Position numbers and translations under genes: made by a program
Origin: Octopus vulgaris
Lineage: Eukaryota
DNA length: 64,000 nucleotides
NCBI GenBank assembly: GCA_951406725.2
Contig: OX597816.1
Location: 115,134,001 to 115,198,000, forward strand
Direction of reading: 5' to 3'
The notes under the pieces: model-generated
Told to the model about the DNA's origin: nothing
Seen by the model: only the letters and a program-made list of their open reading frames with translations
Databases searched by the model: none
Part shown: piece by piece, positions 38,500-52,429 of the stretch
Position numbering within the stretch: the stretch's first letter is position 1
Layout: each line of letters starts with the position of its first letter

Positions 38500-39178
38500 T
38501 ATGTTCAAGTAAATACAACACCATGAGCTCGTATGAGAGGTCCTCCCAAGTTAATAATGTGGCATTCTGTGTCCTTTCACAACCTCCACATTAAGTTTGA
38601 TGTAAAGATTGAGTTTTGCTATTGATACTGCTTCTGTCACTACCAATTATTTTTTTAATAATCCTGCTGACTCTCTGCAACATCAGTGACTGAAAGAACA
38701 TTGAAATTTTACATATCTTGTTGACAGTGAAATTTGGCTGTTATGACATCACAGCATGTCTTCCAAATAGGAACCCAAAACAGGGCAAAATCACGTGATC
38801 TGTAAATCTTATAAATACAGGTTCAATTATGCACCACCAGTCTATATGGGAGGTTCTCTCAAGGTAAATAATGCAGTATTTAGCGTTCTAACAAAACACT
38901 CATGTAAAGTTGCATAAAAATTTGGTGTGTATGTATATATATATATATATAATAAATGCACACACATACATACACACGCACATATTTACATATATATATA
39001 TATTTACACACACACAAACATATATGGGCTGGTGCTACAAAGAAAGCACACAATACACTCTGTAGAGTGGTCAGCATTAGGAACGGCACTTGGCCATAGA
39101 AACAATTTCAAAACAAACATTGCTACATGGCTGTCAGATCTGGTAGACAGATGCAAACCCATGAAAGCAGATGAGAAC

Positions 39179-39209
<31 letters not shown>

Positions 39210-39216
39210 AATGATG

Positions 39217-39265
<49 letters not shown>

Positions 39266-39300
39266 TATACATGTATATGTTTATATATATATATATATAT

Positions 39301-41480
39301 ATGAGATGCAGTTTGGGATGAGATGCAGTTTGGGTTCGTGCCAGGGAAAAGTACCACTGATGCTATATTCCTGGTAAGGCAGCTGCAGGAGAAATACCTA
39401 GCCAAAGATAAGCCCCTGTACCTGGCTTTCGTTGACATGGAGAAAGCTTTTGATAGGGTCCCCCGATCCCTTATCTGGTGGTCAATGAGGAAACTAGGGA
39501 TAGATGAATGGCTGGTGAGGACTGTGCAAGCCATGTACAGAGATGCCGTAAGTAAGGTTAGGGTTGGCAACATGTACACAGAAGAATTCAAAGTAGAGTT
39601 TGGGGTCCACCAGGGTTCAGTACTCAGCCCCCTCCTATTTATCATAGTACTCCAGGCAATTACGGAGGAATTCAAGACAGGCTGTCCCTGGGAGCTCCTC
39701 TACGCTGACGACCTTGCTCTTATTGCTGAGTCACTATCAGAACTGGAGGAGAAGTTCCAGGTGTGGAAGGAGGGTTTAGAATCAAGGGGCCTTAGAGTCA
39801 ACCTAGCTAAAACCAAAGTACTAATAAGTAGAAAGGTAGACAATCTACAAATATCTTCAGGAAGATGGCCCTGCTCGATCTGTAGAAAAGGTGTAGGTAG
39901 AAACTCTATAAGATGTACCCAGTGTAAGCTATGGACACATAAGAGGTGCAGCAATGTCAAAGGTAGGCTAACTGGGAAGATAGTTTTTGTATGTGGCAGA
40001 TGCTCGGGATCATTAACCTCCGAAAATCTGCAGAAAACAACTTCCGTCACTTTCCAGGGGGAAAAACTAGAAGTAGTTGATAGCTTCCGTTATCTAGGTG
40101 ACCAAGTCAGTAGTGGGGGGTGGGTGCGCTGAAAGTGTAACTGCTAGAATAAGAATAGCCTGGGCAAAGTTTAGGGAGCTCTTACCTCTGCTGGTGACTA
40201 AAGGCCTCTCGCTCAGAGTAAAAGGCAGACTGTATGATGCGTGTGTACGAACAGCCATGCTACATGGCAGCGAAACATGGACCGTGACTGCTGAGGACAT
40301 GCGTAAGCTCGTGAGGAATGAAGCCAGTATGCTCCGATGGATGTGTAATGTCAGTGTACATACTCGACAGAGCGTTAGCACCTTGAGAGAAATGTTGTAC
40401 CTAAGAAGCATCAGTTGTGGTGTGCAAGAGAGACGATTGCGCTGGTATGGTCATGTGGCGAGAATGGATGAAGATAGGTGTGTGAGAAAGTGCCAATCCC
40501 TAGCAGTTGAGGGAACCCGTGGAAGAGGTAGACCCAGGAAAACCTGGGACGAGGTGGTGAAGCACGACCTTCGAACTTTAGGCCTCACTGAGGAAATGAC
40601 CAGAGACCGAGACCTTTGGAAATATTCTGTACGTGAGAAGACCAGGCAGGACAAGTGAGCCCAGCCCACTTATGAATGCCTTTCCTCCCTTGGACACAAA
40701 GACCGGTTGAGGCAAGCGAAGTCGATATAGAACCTCATCCGACGACAGACACCCATGCCAACCCCCCATGCTTGCGAAGACATGTTGGGGCAAGCGAAAT
40801 CGAAATCGAAACCGAATTGAACCAGCCAGGATCCCTGGCCTGGTGGTACGTAAAAAGCACTATCCGACTCGTGGCCGTGGCACGTAAAATACTCCAATGC
40901 GACCGTACGACAGGCACCCATGCCAACCCCCTTTGCTTGTGAAGACATGTTGGGGCAAGCGAAATCGAAATCGAATTGAACCAGCCAGGATCCCTGGTCT
41001 GGTGGTACGTAAAAGCACTATCCGACTCGTGGCCGTGGCACGTAAAATACTCCAATGCGACCGTACGACAGGCACCCATGCCAACCCCCTTTGCTTGTGA
41101 AGACATGTTGGGGCAAGCGAAATCAAAATCGAATTGAACCAGCCAGGATCCCTGGTCTGGTGGTACATAAAAAGCACTATCCGACTCGTGGCCGATGCCA
41201 GCACCGCCTCGACTGGCTTCCGTGCCGGTGGCACATAAAATACACCAATCTGACCGTGGCCGTTGCCAGCCCCGCCTGGCACCTGTGCAGGTGGCACGTA
41301 AAAAGCACCCACTACACTCACGGAGTGGTTGGCGTTAGGAAGGGCATCCAGCTGTAGAAACATTGCCAGATTAGACTGGAGCCTGGTGCAGCCTTCTGGC
41401 TTCCCAGAACCCCGGTCGAACCGTCCAACCCATGCTAGCATGGAGAACGGACGTTAAACGACGATGATGATGATGATGAT
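39301..41480 (+). mobile_element. Young 5'-truncated RTE-clade LINE (RT, PHD-type finger, C-terminus, repetitive 3' UTR, (GAT)n tail)
   Basis: ORFs 39323-40132 and 40098-40658 are joined by one frameshift in a G run (~40114-40124). Motifs: QFGF..GKSTTD, FVDMEKAFDRV, GVHQGSVLSPLLF, LLYADD, FRYLG, RRLRWYGHV, RGRGRPRKTW. Confidence 0.97.
40742..41194 (+). repeat. Tandem repeat (about 2.8 copies of 158-165 bp) in the RTE 3' UTR
   Basis: ACGACAG.CACCCATGCCAACCCCC recurs at 40742, 40907 and 41065. Confidence 0.95.
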
Positions 41481-41566
41481 ATAATCAGCTTACCAGTTAT
41501 TAATCAAACGGTCCAAGTCATACCAGCATGGAAAACGGATTTTAAATTAGTGATGATGAGGATATA

Positions 41567-41602
<36 letters not shown>

Positions 41603-41650
41603 CACATACACACACACACACACACACATACACACATATATCCACATGAT

Positions 41651-41711
<61 letters not shown>

Positions 41712-42034
41712 GTATGTATATATGTATACATACACACACATATACATGTATATATGTATGTATGAGAGCATAAATATCAACTTATGCATATAAGGAATCT
41801 AAAAACTAAAGCAATAATAATTACTGAACAAAGTAAAACAGTCTTTACTGTGCTTTTGTCTACCCTGTGGTATAAATTAATTATCTTAGGACTACAGTGT
41901 TGTCATTCCTGTGATGCGACATACATACATATCATTAATCAGATTGTCTAGACATACTACTGTATATCATTTGATGAAATACAAAAGATATGTCTTGCAG
42001 AGACACATAGTAGTCAGCACCTGCTTAATGTCAG

Positions 42035-42087
<53 letters not shown>

Positions 42088-42289
42088 TACTTATATACAT
42101 ATATGCATAAGCATGTTATGAGGTAAGAAGCTTGCTTCCCAACTACATGATTCTAGGTTCAGTTCCACTGCATGACATTTTGGGCAAGTGTCTCCTACTA
42201 TAGCCTCAGGCTGACTAAAGCCTTGCGAGTGGAATTGGTAGACAGAAAAATGAAAGAAGCTTGTCGTATGTATATATATTTATATATCA

Positions 42290-44060
42290 GCATCATCATC
42301 ATTGTTCAACGTCCATCTTCTCTGCATGTGTAGGATGGCTAACAGGAGCTGACTAGGTAGAAAAACCACCCCAGGTTACTGTGACTGTTTTGGCAGGGAT
42401 CTTACAGCTGGATGCCCTTCCTAATACCAACTACTCTACAGAGTGGACTTAGTGCTTTTTAAATGGCACTAGCACAGATGAAGTTAGTCTTGGCATGATT
42501 TTTACTGCTGGATGCCCTTCCAAATGCCAACCACATTACAGCATGGACTGAATGCTTTTAAAATAGCACCAGCACTGGCAAAGTAACCAAGTAACTCACA
42601 TGACAAAGAATTATGAGAGGATCAGGGGCATTTAAGGAGGGGAACTTGTGTCAGGGGATGAAATGTTAGAGTTTGACAAAGAAACAGAGAGACAGAAGCA
42701 GGTGTCTTGCTACAACAGAGGGTGCATTAGAGGAGGGGACTTGTGTCAGAGGATGAAATATTAGAGTAACAGAGAAATAGAGAGGCAGAAATAGGTGCTT
42801 TACTATAAAGGAGGTACATGGTTACCCAGTAAGAGAGAGGGAGAGAGTGAGAGAGAGAAAAAAGATAGAGAGTGAGCAAAGAGATACAAGAAAGAGGCCA
42901 GAAACAAGTGTGGTGATGTAAAGGTGATACTTGGTTACCTAGTCAGAGGAAAAACAGTGACCAAAGGGAAAGAGAGAGAGAGTAGGAAACAGTAAAAGTG
43001 TAAGAGAGAGAAGTGGGGTGGTATAGTGCTAGGGTATACTCACAAGTAACAAGAATTTGAGCATAGAACGTGGTTTGAATATAGGGTGTGAGTGTTGGGG
43101 GTGCAGGGAGCAACGATACAGTGAGCATGGAGATGAGGGCAAAAAAGGGGATTGGAAAACAATCATAATTTATGAAGGGGAAATGTGAGGAAGAGAAAGA
43201 TGTAATTAGAAGAGGAGTTGTAGTTTGATTTCTTAGGGTAGAATGAGTGAAGTGTTGTTACATATGGGTAGGACACAACTCTTCTAGTACTCAGTTTCAT
43301 GGACAGGTCTTCTCTAGGACCTTATATCACCAAACATCTCTGATGTCATTTCCTCCATGAGCTCCAACATCTTAAGATCAGTCCCCACCACTTCATCCCA
43401 TATCTTCCTGGGTCACCCTCTTCCACAGGTGCCATCCACTTTCAGCAACAGGTACATCTGTATACAGCTGTCTTCATTCATACACATTACATGTCCAAAC
43501 CAATGCAGCCTCCTCCTCTCCAGCATACCACATTTAATCCCTCTTAGGCTTAATTTTCTCTCAACACAGTTGTGCTTTGTTGGTCATGCACACTGATATT
43601 GCAAATCCAATGGAACATACTACCTTCATTCCTCTCCAGTCTATTCATGTCTTCCACAGTCAGGGCCTATGTCTCACTACCATGTAACATAGCCATTCTC
43701 ACACAAGCATCATACAATCTACCTTTCACTCTGAGAGAGTCATTTTGCTGCCAACAGAGGTAATAGTTCTCTGAATTTCCTCCACCCTATTCTTATTCTA
43801 GAAACAATATTTTCAGAGCATCCACTACTCTTACTAATTTGGTCACCTAAATAGCAGAAACTATCTGCTAACTCAAGAGAGCCTCCTGGGCATTTGAGAG
43901 AGTTTAAGTCCCTCAGGCTCTTAGTACTTACTGCTCCTACGCATCTATCACACATGAAAGCAACTTTATCTGATAATCTTCCCACGATTCCACTGCATCT
44001 CTTATGCATCCACAGCTTGCACTTGGTGCAGTGACTGGAATTACATCCCACTCTTTACTT
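42290..44060 (-). mobile_element. Old RTE LINE relative (PHD-bearing) with a separated 3' end
   Basis: 43290-44060 encodes HCTKCKLWMHKRC...FMCDRC...DSFCYLGD..RIRIGWRKFRELLPLL. The 3' tail motif lies at 42290-42600, with purine-rich sequence in between; whether the two parts belong to one insertion is uncertain. Confidence 0.8.
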
Positions 44061-44793
44061 ACACACACTTACACACTCACACAAATATATATATGGAAAA
44101 AATATGGTAAAATTACATAAAATTCAAGTGGCAGAATTCAGTGTAACCAGAACCAGATCAGTTAAATATGACATTTTCCCCTTACTACAAAATCTCAAAA
44201 AAAAAAAAAATAGGAAACACTTTTAGTTGAAATACTCAAAAACATATGTACTAAAACCTCATTTTTTTCTTGTACCCTTCCATACTTCTCACTTTTAATA
44301 CATATGCTTACATGAATTTTATATGCCAAACTCATCTTAAGATTATGTATACCATTATAATTTCTGCTGAACTATGACCATTTAATCTGAGAAAATGTAT
44401 CATTATGTTTTTATTTTTCATACATTTAAACAGAGTAAAATTATTATCCACTTATGTTAAAAAGTTAAACTTATTTTAATTACACATACACACAAAATAT
44501 ATATAAAAGAACATTTTGAAACATTGTCAACTTATATATATATATATATATATATCGAAACATGGAGTAGTTGAAACAGCGACAACTGAAAAAGAGGAAT
44601 ATTCTTTATGTTGTATGTCTCGTTTCTATGTTTTTGTTTTTATGTTTTCATTTCTCATTGTGTTCAAAATTTTTTGATGTCCTGTACCCATATATGATTG
44701 TATATGTATGTATATATGCACATATTCATATATTATTTATATTATTCTCTCTCACTCTCTCTCTACATATATATATACACACGCATACATATA

Positions 44794-44861
<68 letters not shown>

Positions 44862-45511
44862 CGTGTATCACTGTCTCTCTCTTTTTCTCTCTCCCTCAAT
44901 CACCATTTCTTTACATATATCTATATATCTATCTATATATATATATATATATATATATTGCATATTTTTGGCATTGTAGTCCTGGCTGATCCTATTTCTC
45001 TTCAGGTCTGACTTGAGTCAATTTCTTCCAGAAGACAAAAAAAAAAAGGAAATAGAAAAAATATAAGAAAATATTGCATCATTATTTGACTGCTACCTAT
45101 CATTTGGCTTGGTTTCTATGGCTTGATGCCCTTCCTACCATCAGCCACTTTGCTGCATGTCTATGGTATGTTTCCTCATGGTACTGACTTTAGAGAAGTT
45201 AAAAGGAGAAACCCCAAAATCTCACACTTTTTCTGCTCATTTGCTAACATCTTTACAGGGTGTAGTGGGTATATTTTTGTGGTACCAGCACTAGAGAAAT
45301 TGTCTTGTTCATTTGTCATTAATGAGAGAGCTTGATTTCTCAGCTTTTCATTATGATATCAATACAAGAGTGTGGTGCCACGCATACAGAAAATCAGAGA
45401 AATAGGTGAGCAATGGCATGTGAACTAAAGAGGAGAAATAGAAGAGAGGCTAGAAGCGGATTAGTTAACATGTGTGTAAGCAGAGAGAGTAGATCATATC
45501 ATAAAGCATGT

Positions 45512-45730
45512 AAGGTGGCGAGGTGGCAGAATTGTTAGCACACCAGGTGACATGCTTGGCAGTAATTCGTCTGTTTTTATGTTCTGAGCTCAAATTCCGC
45601 CGAGGTCAACTTTGCCTTTCATCCTTTTGGGGTCGATAATTTAAGTATCAGTTGCATACTGGGGTCGATCTAATTGACTGCCCACCCACCTCCCCAAAAA
45701 TTTCGGGCCTTGTACCTAGAGTACAAAAGA
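45512..45730 (+). mobile_element. tRNA-derived SINE, family B
   Basis: A-box-like TGGCAGAATTG, B-box-like GAGCTCAAATTCC and central GCCTTTCATCCTTTTGGGGTCGATAATTTAAGTA (resembles the Nin/Deu-type SINE domain; not aligned). Confidence 0.85.
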
Positions 45731-46955
45731 ACATCATAATGCATGTACATTTGTTCAGGTGCCCAAGGAGAGGCTTCAAAAAAGAAGTAATGAGATAAGA
45801 AGGACCAGAATGGCTGGGTGAATGAAAGGAGGGTGGAAGAAAAGAGTTGTACTCTGAAGAAAATGACAGGTTTATTTGGGGTAGAATCAGGTTTGGAATG
45901 ATTGGCAGCCTCAGAGATGAACAAAGGTAATGGTGGGTAATGGGGTAAGATAAGTTGTGGGTAGTAATAGAAGGGGTGATTCTGAGGGGGGAATTCTGGT
46001 TACGTAGAAGGGTAAAGTCAGAGTGTGTGGTGTAGAGGGTTGAGAGTGGTCCAATGCAATTCATTACATAAAGGCCTTGTGAAAAGATGTGGGTAGACTA
46101 ATGGAATCTCTGATGTGTAGGCCTGGTGAAGAGCAAGGGAAACAGAGAGATGGAGGTGGCTCAATGCAGTCTTTTAAACACATGCTTAACGAAAGAATGA
46201 GGGTGGACTGATGCAGTCTCTAAGACATAGGGGTAATGATGGGTGAGGGAATGAGTGCAAAGAAGATGATTGGTCAGGACAAGTAGGAGGTGGGATGAGA
46301 GAAATGAGAGATAGAGTACTATGAATGGGAGAGAGAGGGGGGATTAGAGGGGGAGGAAAAGAGGGAGGAAGAGAGGAAGGTAGAGTGATTTAAAAATGGA
46401 GGAGGAGAATGGAGGAGGTGATGGTGGTTTGAAGGATGCAAGGTGAGGGGAGAAGCATTTATATATTACATATATATAAATTACACAAACACACAAACAC
46501 ATATATAAATATATTCACATATACACCCATTCCATCAAGTGTGAATTTGTGCCTCTGTGTGTATTTCTAGGAATGTTAAGAATGTTATTTTAGTATATAT
46601 TAATGTAGGCAAGTGTATATGTACATAAGTGTGAGTTGGTGTCTAACTATCCAAATGTAAAAGCAGGTTGCATGTTAACATGTATGTGTGCATGTGTGTG
46701 TGTGTGTGCATGTGAAATAGAAAGAGAGAGAGAGAAAAGGGGAGAGAAGAAGAGAGTGTATACACATATGAAACATTTTGAATATGAATCTAATGTCTAT
46801 TAAAATAATATATGTAAACATGAATGTATTTATAAGTATTTTTGTAATATTCTCCTATGTATGTACTGACATGTTTATTTATGTATATACATTCACAAGC
46901 TTTCATTTGTGTGTGTGTATATATAAACATACATACATATATCTTTAAACATATA

Positions 46956-46986
<31 letters not shown>

Positions 46987-47052
46987 TTGATTTTTCGATT
47001 TGATTTTTCCAGTTTCAGCTCATGAGCTGTGGCCATGCTGGGGCACCGCCAT

Positions 47053-47224
47053 TAGTTGTGGTGAAAGAGTACAGCAGGGATCACCACCATCCCCTGCCAG
47101 AGCCTCGTGGAGCTCTTTTAGGTGTTTTCGCTCAATAAACACTCACAACGCCCGGTCTGGTAATCGAAACCACGATCCTATGACCGCGAGTCCGCTGCCC
47201 TAACCACTGGGCCATTGCGTCTCC
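47053..47224 (-). mobile_element. tRNA-derived SINE, family E, 5' part
   Basis: Minus-strand TGGCCCAGTGGTTAGGGCAGCGGACTCGCGGTC..GGTTTCGATT; homologous to 48630-48790. Confidence 0.8.
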
Positions 47225-47237
47225 ACGCCAAACAAGC

Positions 47238-47276
<39 letters not shown>

Positions 47277-47409
47277 TATATACATACATACATATATACA
47301 CATATATATATACATATATGTATATATACATATGTATATCATCATCATCATCGTTTAACGTCCGCTTTCCATGCTAGCATGGGTTATATATATATATATT
47401 TGTCTCCCT

Positions 47410-47494
<85 letters not shown>

Positions 47495-48442
47495 CATATA
47501 ATATCTATCTGTCTGTCTGTGTTATCTATCTATCTAGCTAATGGCAATTGTTATTGTTCAACCCGGGTCAACCCTAATCAAAAGACACAGGTGTCCTAAC
47601 TGTCACCACCATCTCCCTTCAAAGAGGTGTATAAAACTACATTTTCTTATTTAAGATCACAGAGGACAATCTGAGGGAGGTACAGTTGCTATTTAAGCAT
47701 GACTGTCAGCTATGTAAAGGCTCTCATATTGGCATGTTATATGTGAGGGTTTTTTCCCTTGTATATGAATGCTTGTTGTTTTTGTGTCTTATATAAGGTT
47801 TATTTTGTCTTTTAATTTCATCATCCTCATCATCATTTCAAGTTTAGTTTCCATGTGTTGGAATAAATCATCATGATCTGTGTCATATTTTTTGTGTTCC
47901 CATATACTGATTACTTGTAATGTCATTTTGGCATGATTTCTACTGCTGGGAGCCATCCCTGTTACCAACTACTTTGTAGTGTGTACTGAGTACATTTTCT
48001 TGTAGCACCAGCACTTGAGAGGTGGTCAAATTCTCAGCAAGACAGGACTGAAGTGACCTCACTAATCTACTTTACTTCTGTTTGCTCACTAAATTACTTT
48101 TAAGGGTGTTGCAAGGAAAGGCTTTCAAAACTAGCATTGGAAGGGGACATCTACACTGTATGAGTATAGTGTACTTAGTTGTGTTAATGATGATGATGAA
48201 GATGATGATGATGATAACAACGATGATGATTTGTCATTGCTTTGCTACTTGTGTTGTAATGTATTTTTGCCTTGTATGTTTGGTTGTTAGTGTTAATGTT
48301 ATTTTTCTTAACTGTTGTTGCTGTTGTTGTTGCCGTTGTTGTTATCCTTGAGGATCACTTTCGTAGTTATAGTGATGATTTATTTGTGATGTTGTCTTTG
48401 TTTTTATTGTTGTTGCTGCTGCTGCTTATTTGTTTGTTTGTT

Positions 48443-48790
48443 GAGCGAAGCGGTCTTCGTCCCAAAGTGTAGTGGGAGAAGTCTGAAACGTGGTCCTTTG
48501 CTATTCGTAAGACCCACAGAAGAGAAAGCAGGTCAGCCCCCGACACCAAGAGCATCGACAGATGGATGAATGCGCATCCAAGCTCAGTGGTTGTGTAGGA
48601 AGTCGGGGACAAGAAACAGGAAGAAAGTTGGAGTGAAAGAGTACAAGAGTGGTCGCCACCACCCCCTGCTGGAGCCTTGTGGAGCTTTAGGTGTTTTCGC
48701 TCAATAAACACACACAACATCCGGTCTGGAAATTGAAACGGCGATCCTCCGACCGCGAGTCCGCTGCTCTAACCACTGGGCCATTGTGCC
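48443..48790 (-). mobile_element. tRNA-derived SINE, family E
   Basis: A box TGGCCCAGTGG, B box GTTTCAATTTCC and a (CAAA/CAA)n tail. Confidence 0.8.
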
Positions 48791-50186
48791 ACCACTGCTG
48801 CTGCTGCTGTCGTTGTCATTATGATCATCCTTATTGTCGCTGTTGTCAGCCTTGTCATCATTGTCATCCTTGTCGTCATCATCACCCTTGTCATTGTTGT
48901 CATCATCTTGGAAGTGTCACCTAATTAAGGATAAAATTTTGACTACATTCATGGGGACATCTAATTTGAACAGAGGATTGAACCAAGTTATTTTCAATTT
49001 CCTAACTCTCTTTGCTGTGGAGATAGTGATCATTCATGTAATTCTTAATAAATCTGCTCCTCATTAATGCTTTATTTTAACAACCGATGAACTTTAACAT
49101 TAAGAAACTGAGACTTTGAGGCTAAATTAAATGTTGCTAATGTCTACTTGAAAAATAGATGGACTGAAATCTAAGTGGGGGCACAAATATTTGTGGGGGA
49201 AATTGTAGAGTCTAGACATCAGAAATAGGTTAGTGATAACTAACAAAAAGTCTCTGTCTGTAAGAAAAAATATATGAATCTTGCTTATTACTAGGAGATG
49301 GGTTGAGTCAAGGCTGGATTAAAATCCATACATAATAGAGAAGTATCACAAACTAGAGGTTTCTGCAATATTCGTCATATATTGACTGAAGGTGTTAGTA
49401 ATGGGAAGGTGAACAGAAAAAATATGAAGTTTGAGGTTTAAGATGACCATATTCTGTAACTATCAGATGGACAACATACACTGTCTATGAGGACCTCCAG
49501 TCAAACAGTGGGACTATTAAACAAGGGATCAAGGTGTAAATCAAAGAACTGATCATTCAGCTATTCATATATGAAGCCTATCTCCTGACCAAAGAAGAAT
49601 AAGAAAGAATGGGTGTGTTGTAGTGCTTTTTAGAGAAATTGTCTTATTTTATATGGAACTTCTATACTAGAAGATTGTTATCATTTTATTCTTACAAAAC
49701 ATGTTAAGAATTTGTTTTTGCTGTGGATGTAGTATTCACATATGAGGTGGGTTTCTGTGTAGCAAAGTAAGAAATAAGTTTGCATAACCACCAGAATTAT
49801 GAAATAATATGCAAGGAAAGAGAAAAAAATATAAGAAAAGTGAAAAAGTAGTCATAAAATAAATCCAGAGGAATAACATTGTGCTGCTATTACAAATGTA
49901 TTTTGAAAACATATTATGACGAAGGACACAGCAGGGAAAGAAAATGAATAAACAAAATGAAAATACAGATTTGAGCTTGAAGCACTATTATAGCAGCATA
50001 ACATTTAAATGGTGTTTAACGATGAATGTTTCTAACTCAGAAAGGGACAAGAATTTTCATTGCAAAGACAAGCACTGATCAGTCTGAAGTCAACTACATT
50101 ACTTGTTGGAAAAATATAAGGTCTTCAACACATGTAAATACATAAATGTTTGTGCTATACACATATGTACATGAATACATATGTAC

Positions 50187-50223
<37 letters not shown>

Positions 50224-50796
50224 TGTATATATTTTGAGGGATTAGTCTCTAAAAGGGATGCAGGCACAAAATAAAAAGTTTTTATCCAATTCATGACTGT
50301 CTCCTTTTTCTTAATTTGTATGTATGTATATGCATATACTTATTTACATACACTGAAGATACCTGAAAACACACACACACACACACACACTCTAATATAT
50401 ACTTTAATAGGATTATTCATTAATAAACTATTACTGATTACTTTGTATTAGCTGAATTAGCAAGAAATTATTCAACCAAAGAATAACAATGGGCATTCTG
50501 CTATCATGGCCTTCTCTGCAGTACCCACTCTTTCACACCATTACAACATGTATCTGTACATACATACATACACACACACACATGCACTAATACAGAAAGA
50601 ATTATGCTCAATTATTATTTGACAATCACACAAATGCACACTCATACACACACACACATGCACATATATGCTTGAATACATATGTGTTTGTGTGTGTGGG
50701 TATGTGTGTCTGTGTGTATACATACCCATATGTTTATATACATATATATGTGTGTGTGTATATATATATACATATATATGTGTGTGTGTATATATA

Positions 50797-51004
50797 CAGG
50801 GTGTCCCAGAGGTCGCGCACCACCCTGGTTTTTTAAAAGAATACACCCTTACTGATTTCAAAACCACGTTATTGACATTAATCATAACAAATGCTCAAAT
50901 GAGCACCCCCTTCAATAAAACATACCAAAAGAATATAATAAAATAAAATGCTTTAATTATTTTAAATGAAAACCAGAATGGTGCACGACTTCTGGGGCAC
51001 CTTG
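50797..51004. mobile_element. 208-bp Tc1/mariner MITE
   Basis: TA-flanked TIRs CAGGGTGTCCCAGAGGTCGCGCACCA / TGGTGCACGACTTCTGGGGCACCTTG. Confidence 0.9.
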
Positions 51005-52138
51005 TATATATATATATAAATAGATATGTAAGAATATATGTATGTACACACACACACACATGCACACATATAAACACACATCAATCAATCTTTCAGAAGA
51101 AATTAACTATAAATGATACTTAGATGGAAACGAGTTGTAAAAGGCCAAGCTGACCTAGCCTTTTACCATATTGATATAAATTACAAGTTGTTTTCAAGCA
51201 ATAAACTTAAATATAAATTTTATAATGAAATTTAGTAAAGCTACTCTAAACACCACTTTCAACACAGTCACAAACATGTATGCACACACACACGCACATA
51301 TATGCACACACACACACACACACACACATATTATCACTCATACCCACATACAAATATTTATGCACACTTATAAACACAAAAGCATGCAGATATTCACATT
51401 CATGCTCACATACATATACATAAATACACAAATGTATGCTCACACATTCACAGATGCATGTACATGCGCACACATGTGCACAAAGATATATTAGAAGCAA
51501 TTGCTGATATCAGAGAACCAAATACAATTCCAGCTATTGGAATTGTTATATTATTGCCAAAGTAAAGGTTGAAATGCTTCAATGGTTTTCCAATAGAATT
51601 TTGCTCCGTTATTTTGTCAAAGATCTTTGTTTGGTATTAAAAATCCCTTTGTATTAATAAAAATATTATACCTTATTCATTCATTTATTTATTTATTCTA
51701 AAAATGGGTGGATGGATGAAGGACTGTTGGGGATGGAAGGTGAGGTAGGAAGAAGTGGTTGTTTAAGCAAAGTTTTAAAAATTTGCTGAAATTGAAATGC
51801 TGGAATAAACTTAAAGGGATTTGTTTTCTTGACATTTTCTGATTTCATATTGCAAGGCAAATATCTCCAAGAACAAATATGTTTTCTATTAAAGAAAGTT
51901 AATTCATTAAGGATCTGTTTCTCACTAACATTTCTAATATTCAATGAAGCCTATGGAATATGGAATAATGAGTTTAGTCTAATAATATTCTTTGTCAGAT
52001 TAGATCTGTAAGCCATATTAGGAGTTGCATGAGATTGTGGTGGAATCAATTAATACTACATGAAAATTTACATACATATGCATAAACATGTATATGTATG
52101 TATACACATGTGTATCTATATATCAACCCATAAATATA

Positions 52139-52185
<47 letters not shown>

Positions 52186-52224
52186 TATATATTTATGCAT
52201 ATATACATACATATATATACACAT

Positions 52225-52285
<61 letters not shown>

Positions 52286-52429
52286 TACTTATGTATAGAC
52301 ATATACATATACATATATATCTGTGTGTATATGTATCTATGTATCGATGTATGTATATATATATATATGTATATGAAATACACATATAACTGCTCACCCA
52401 TGAATGTGTTTCAGTTTGCAAGGCAGTAC

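Noticed and set aside
40710-40812. CCGACGA and repeated CGAAATCGA in the RTE 3' UTR as a possible ribozyme
   Set aside because: The pairing segments are not adjacent to the core motifs as a hammerhead requires.
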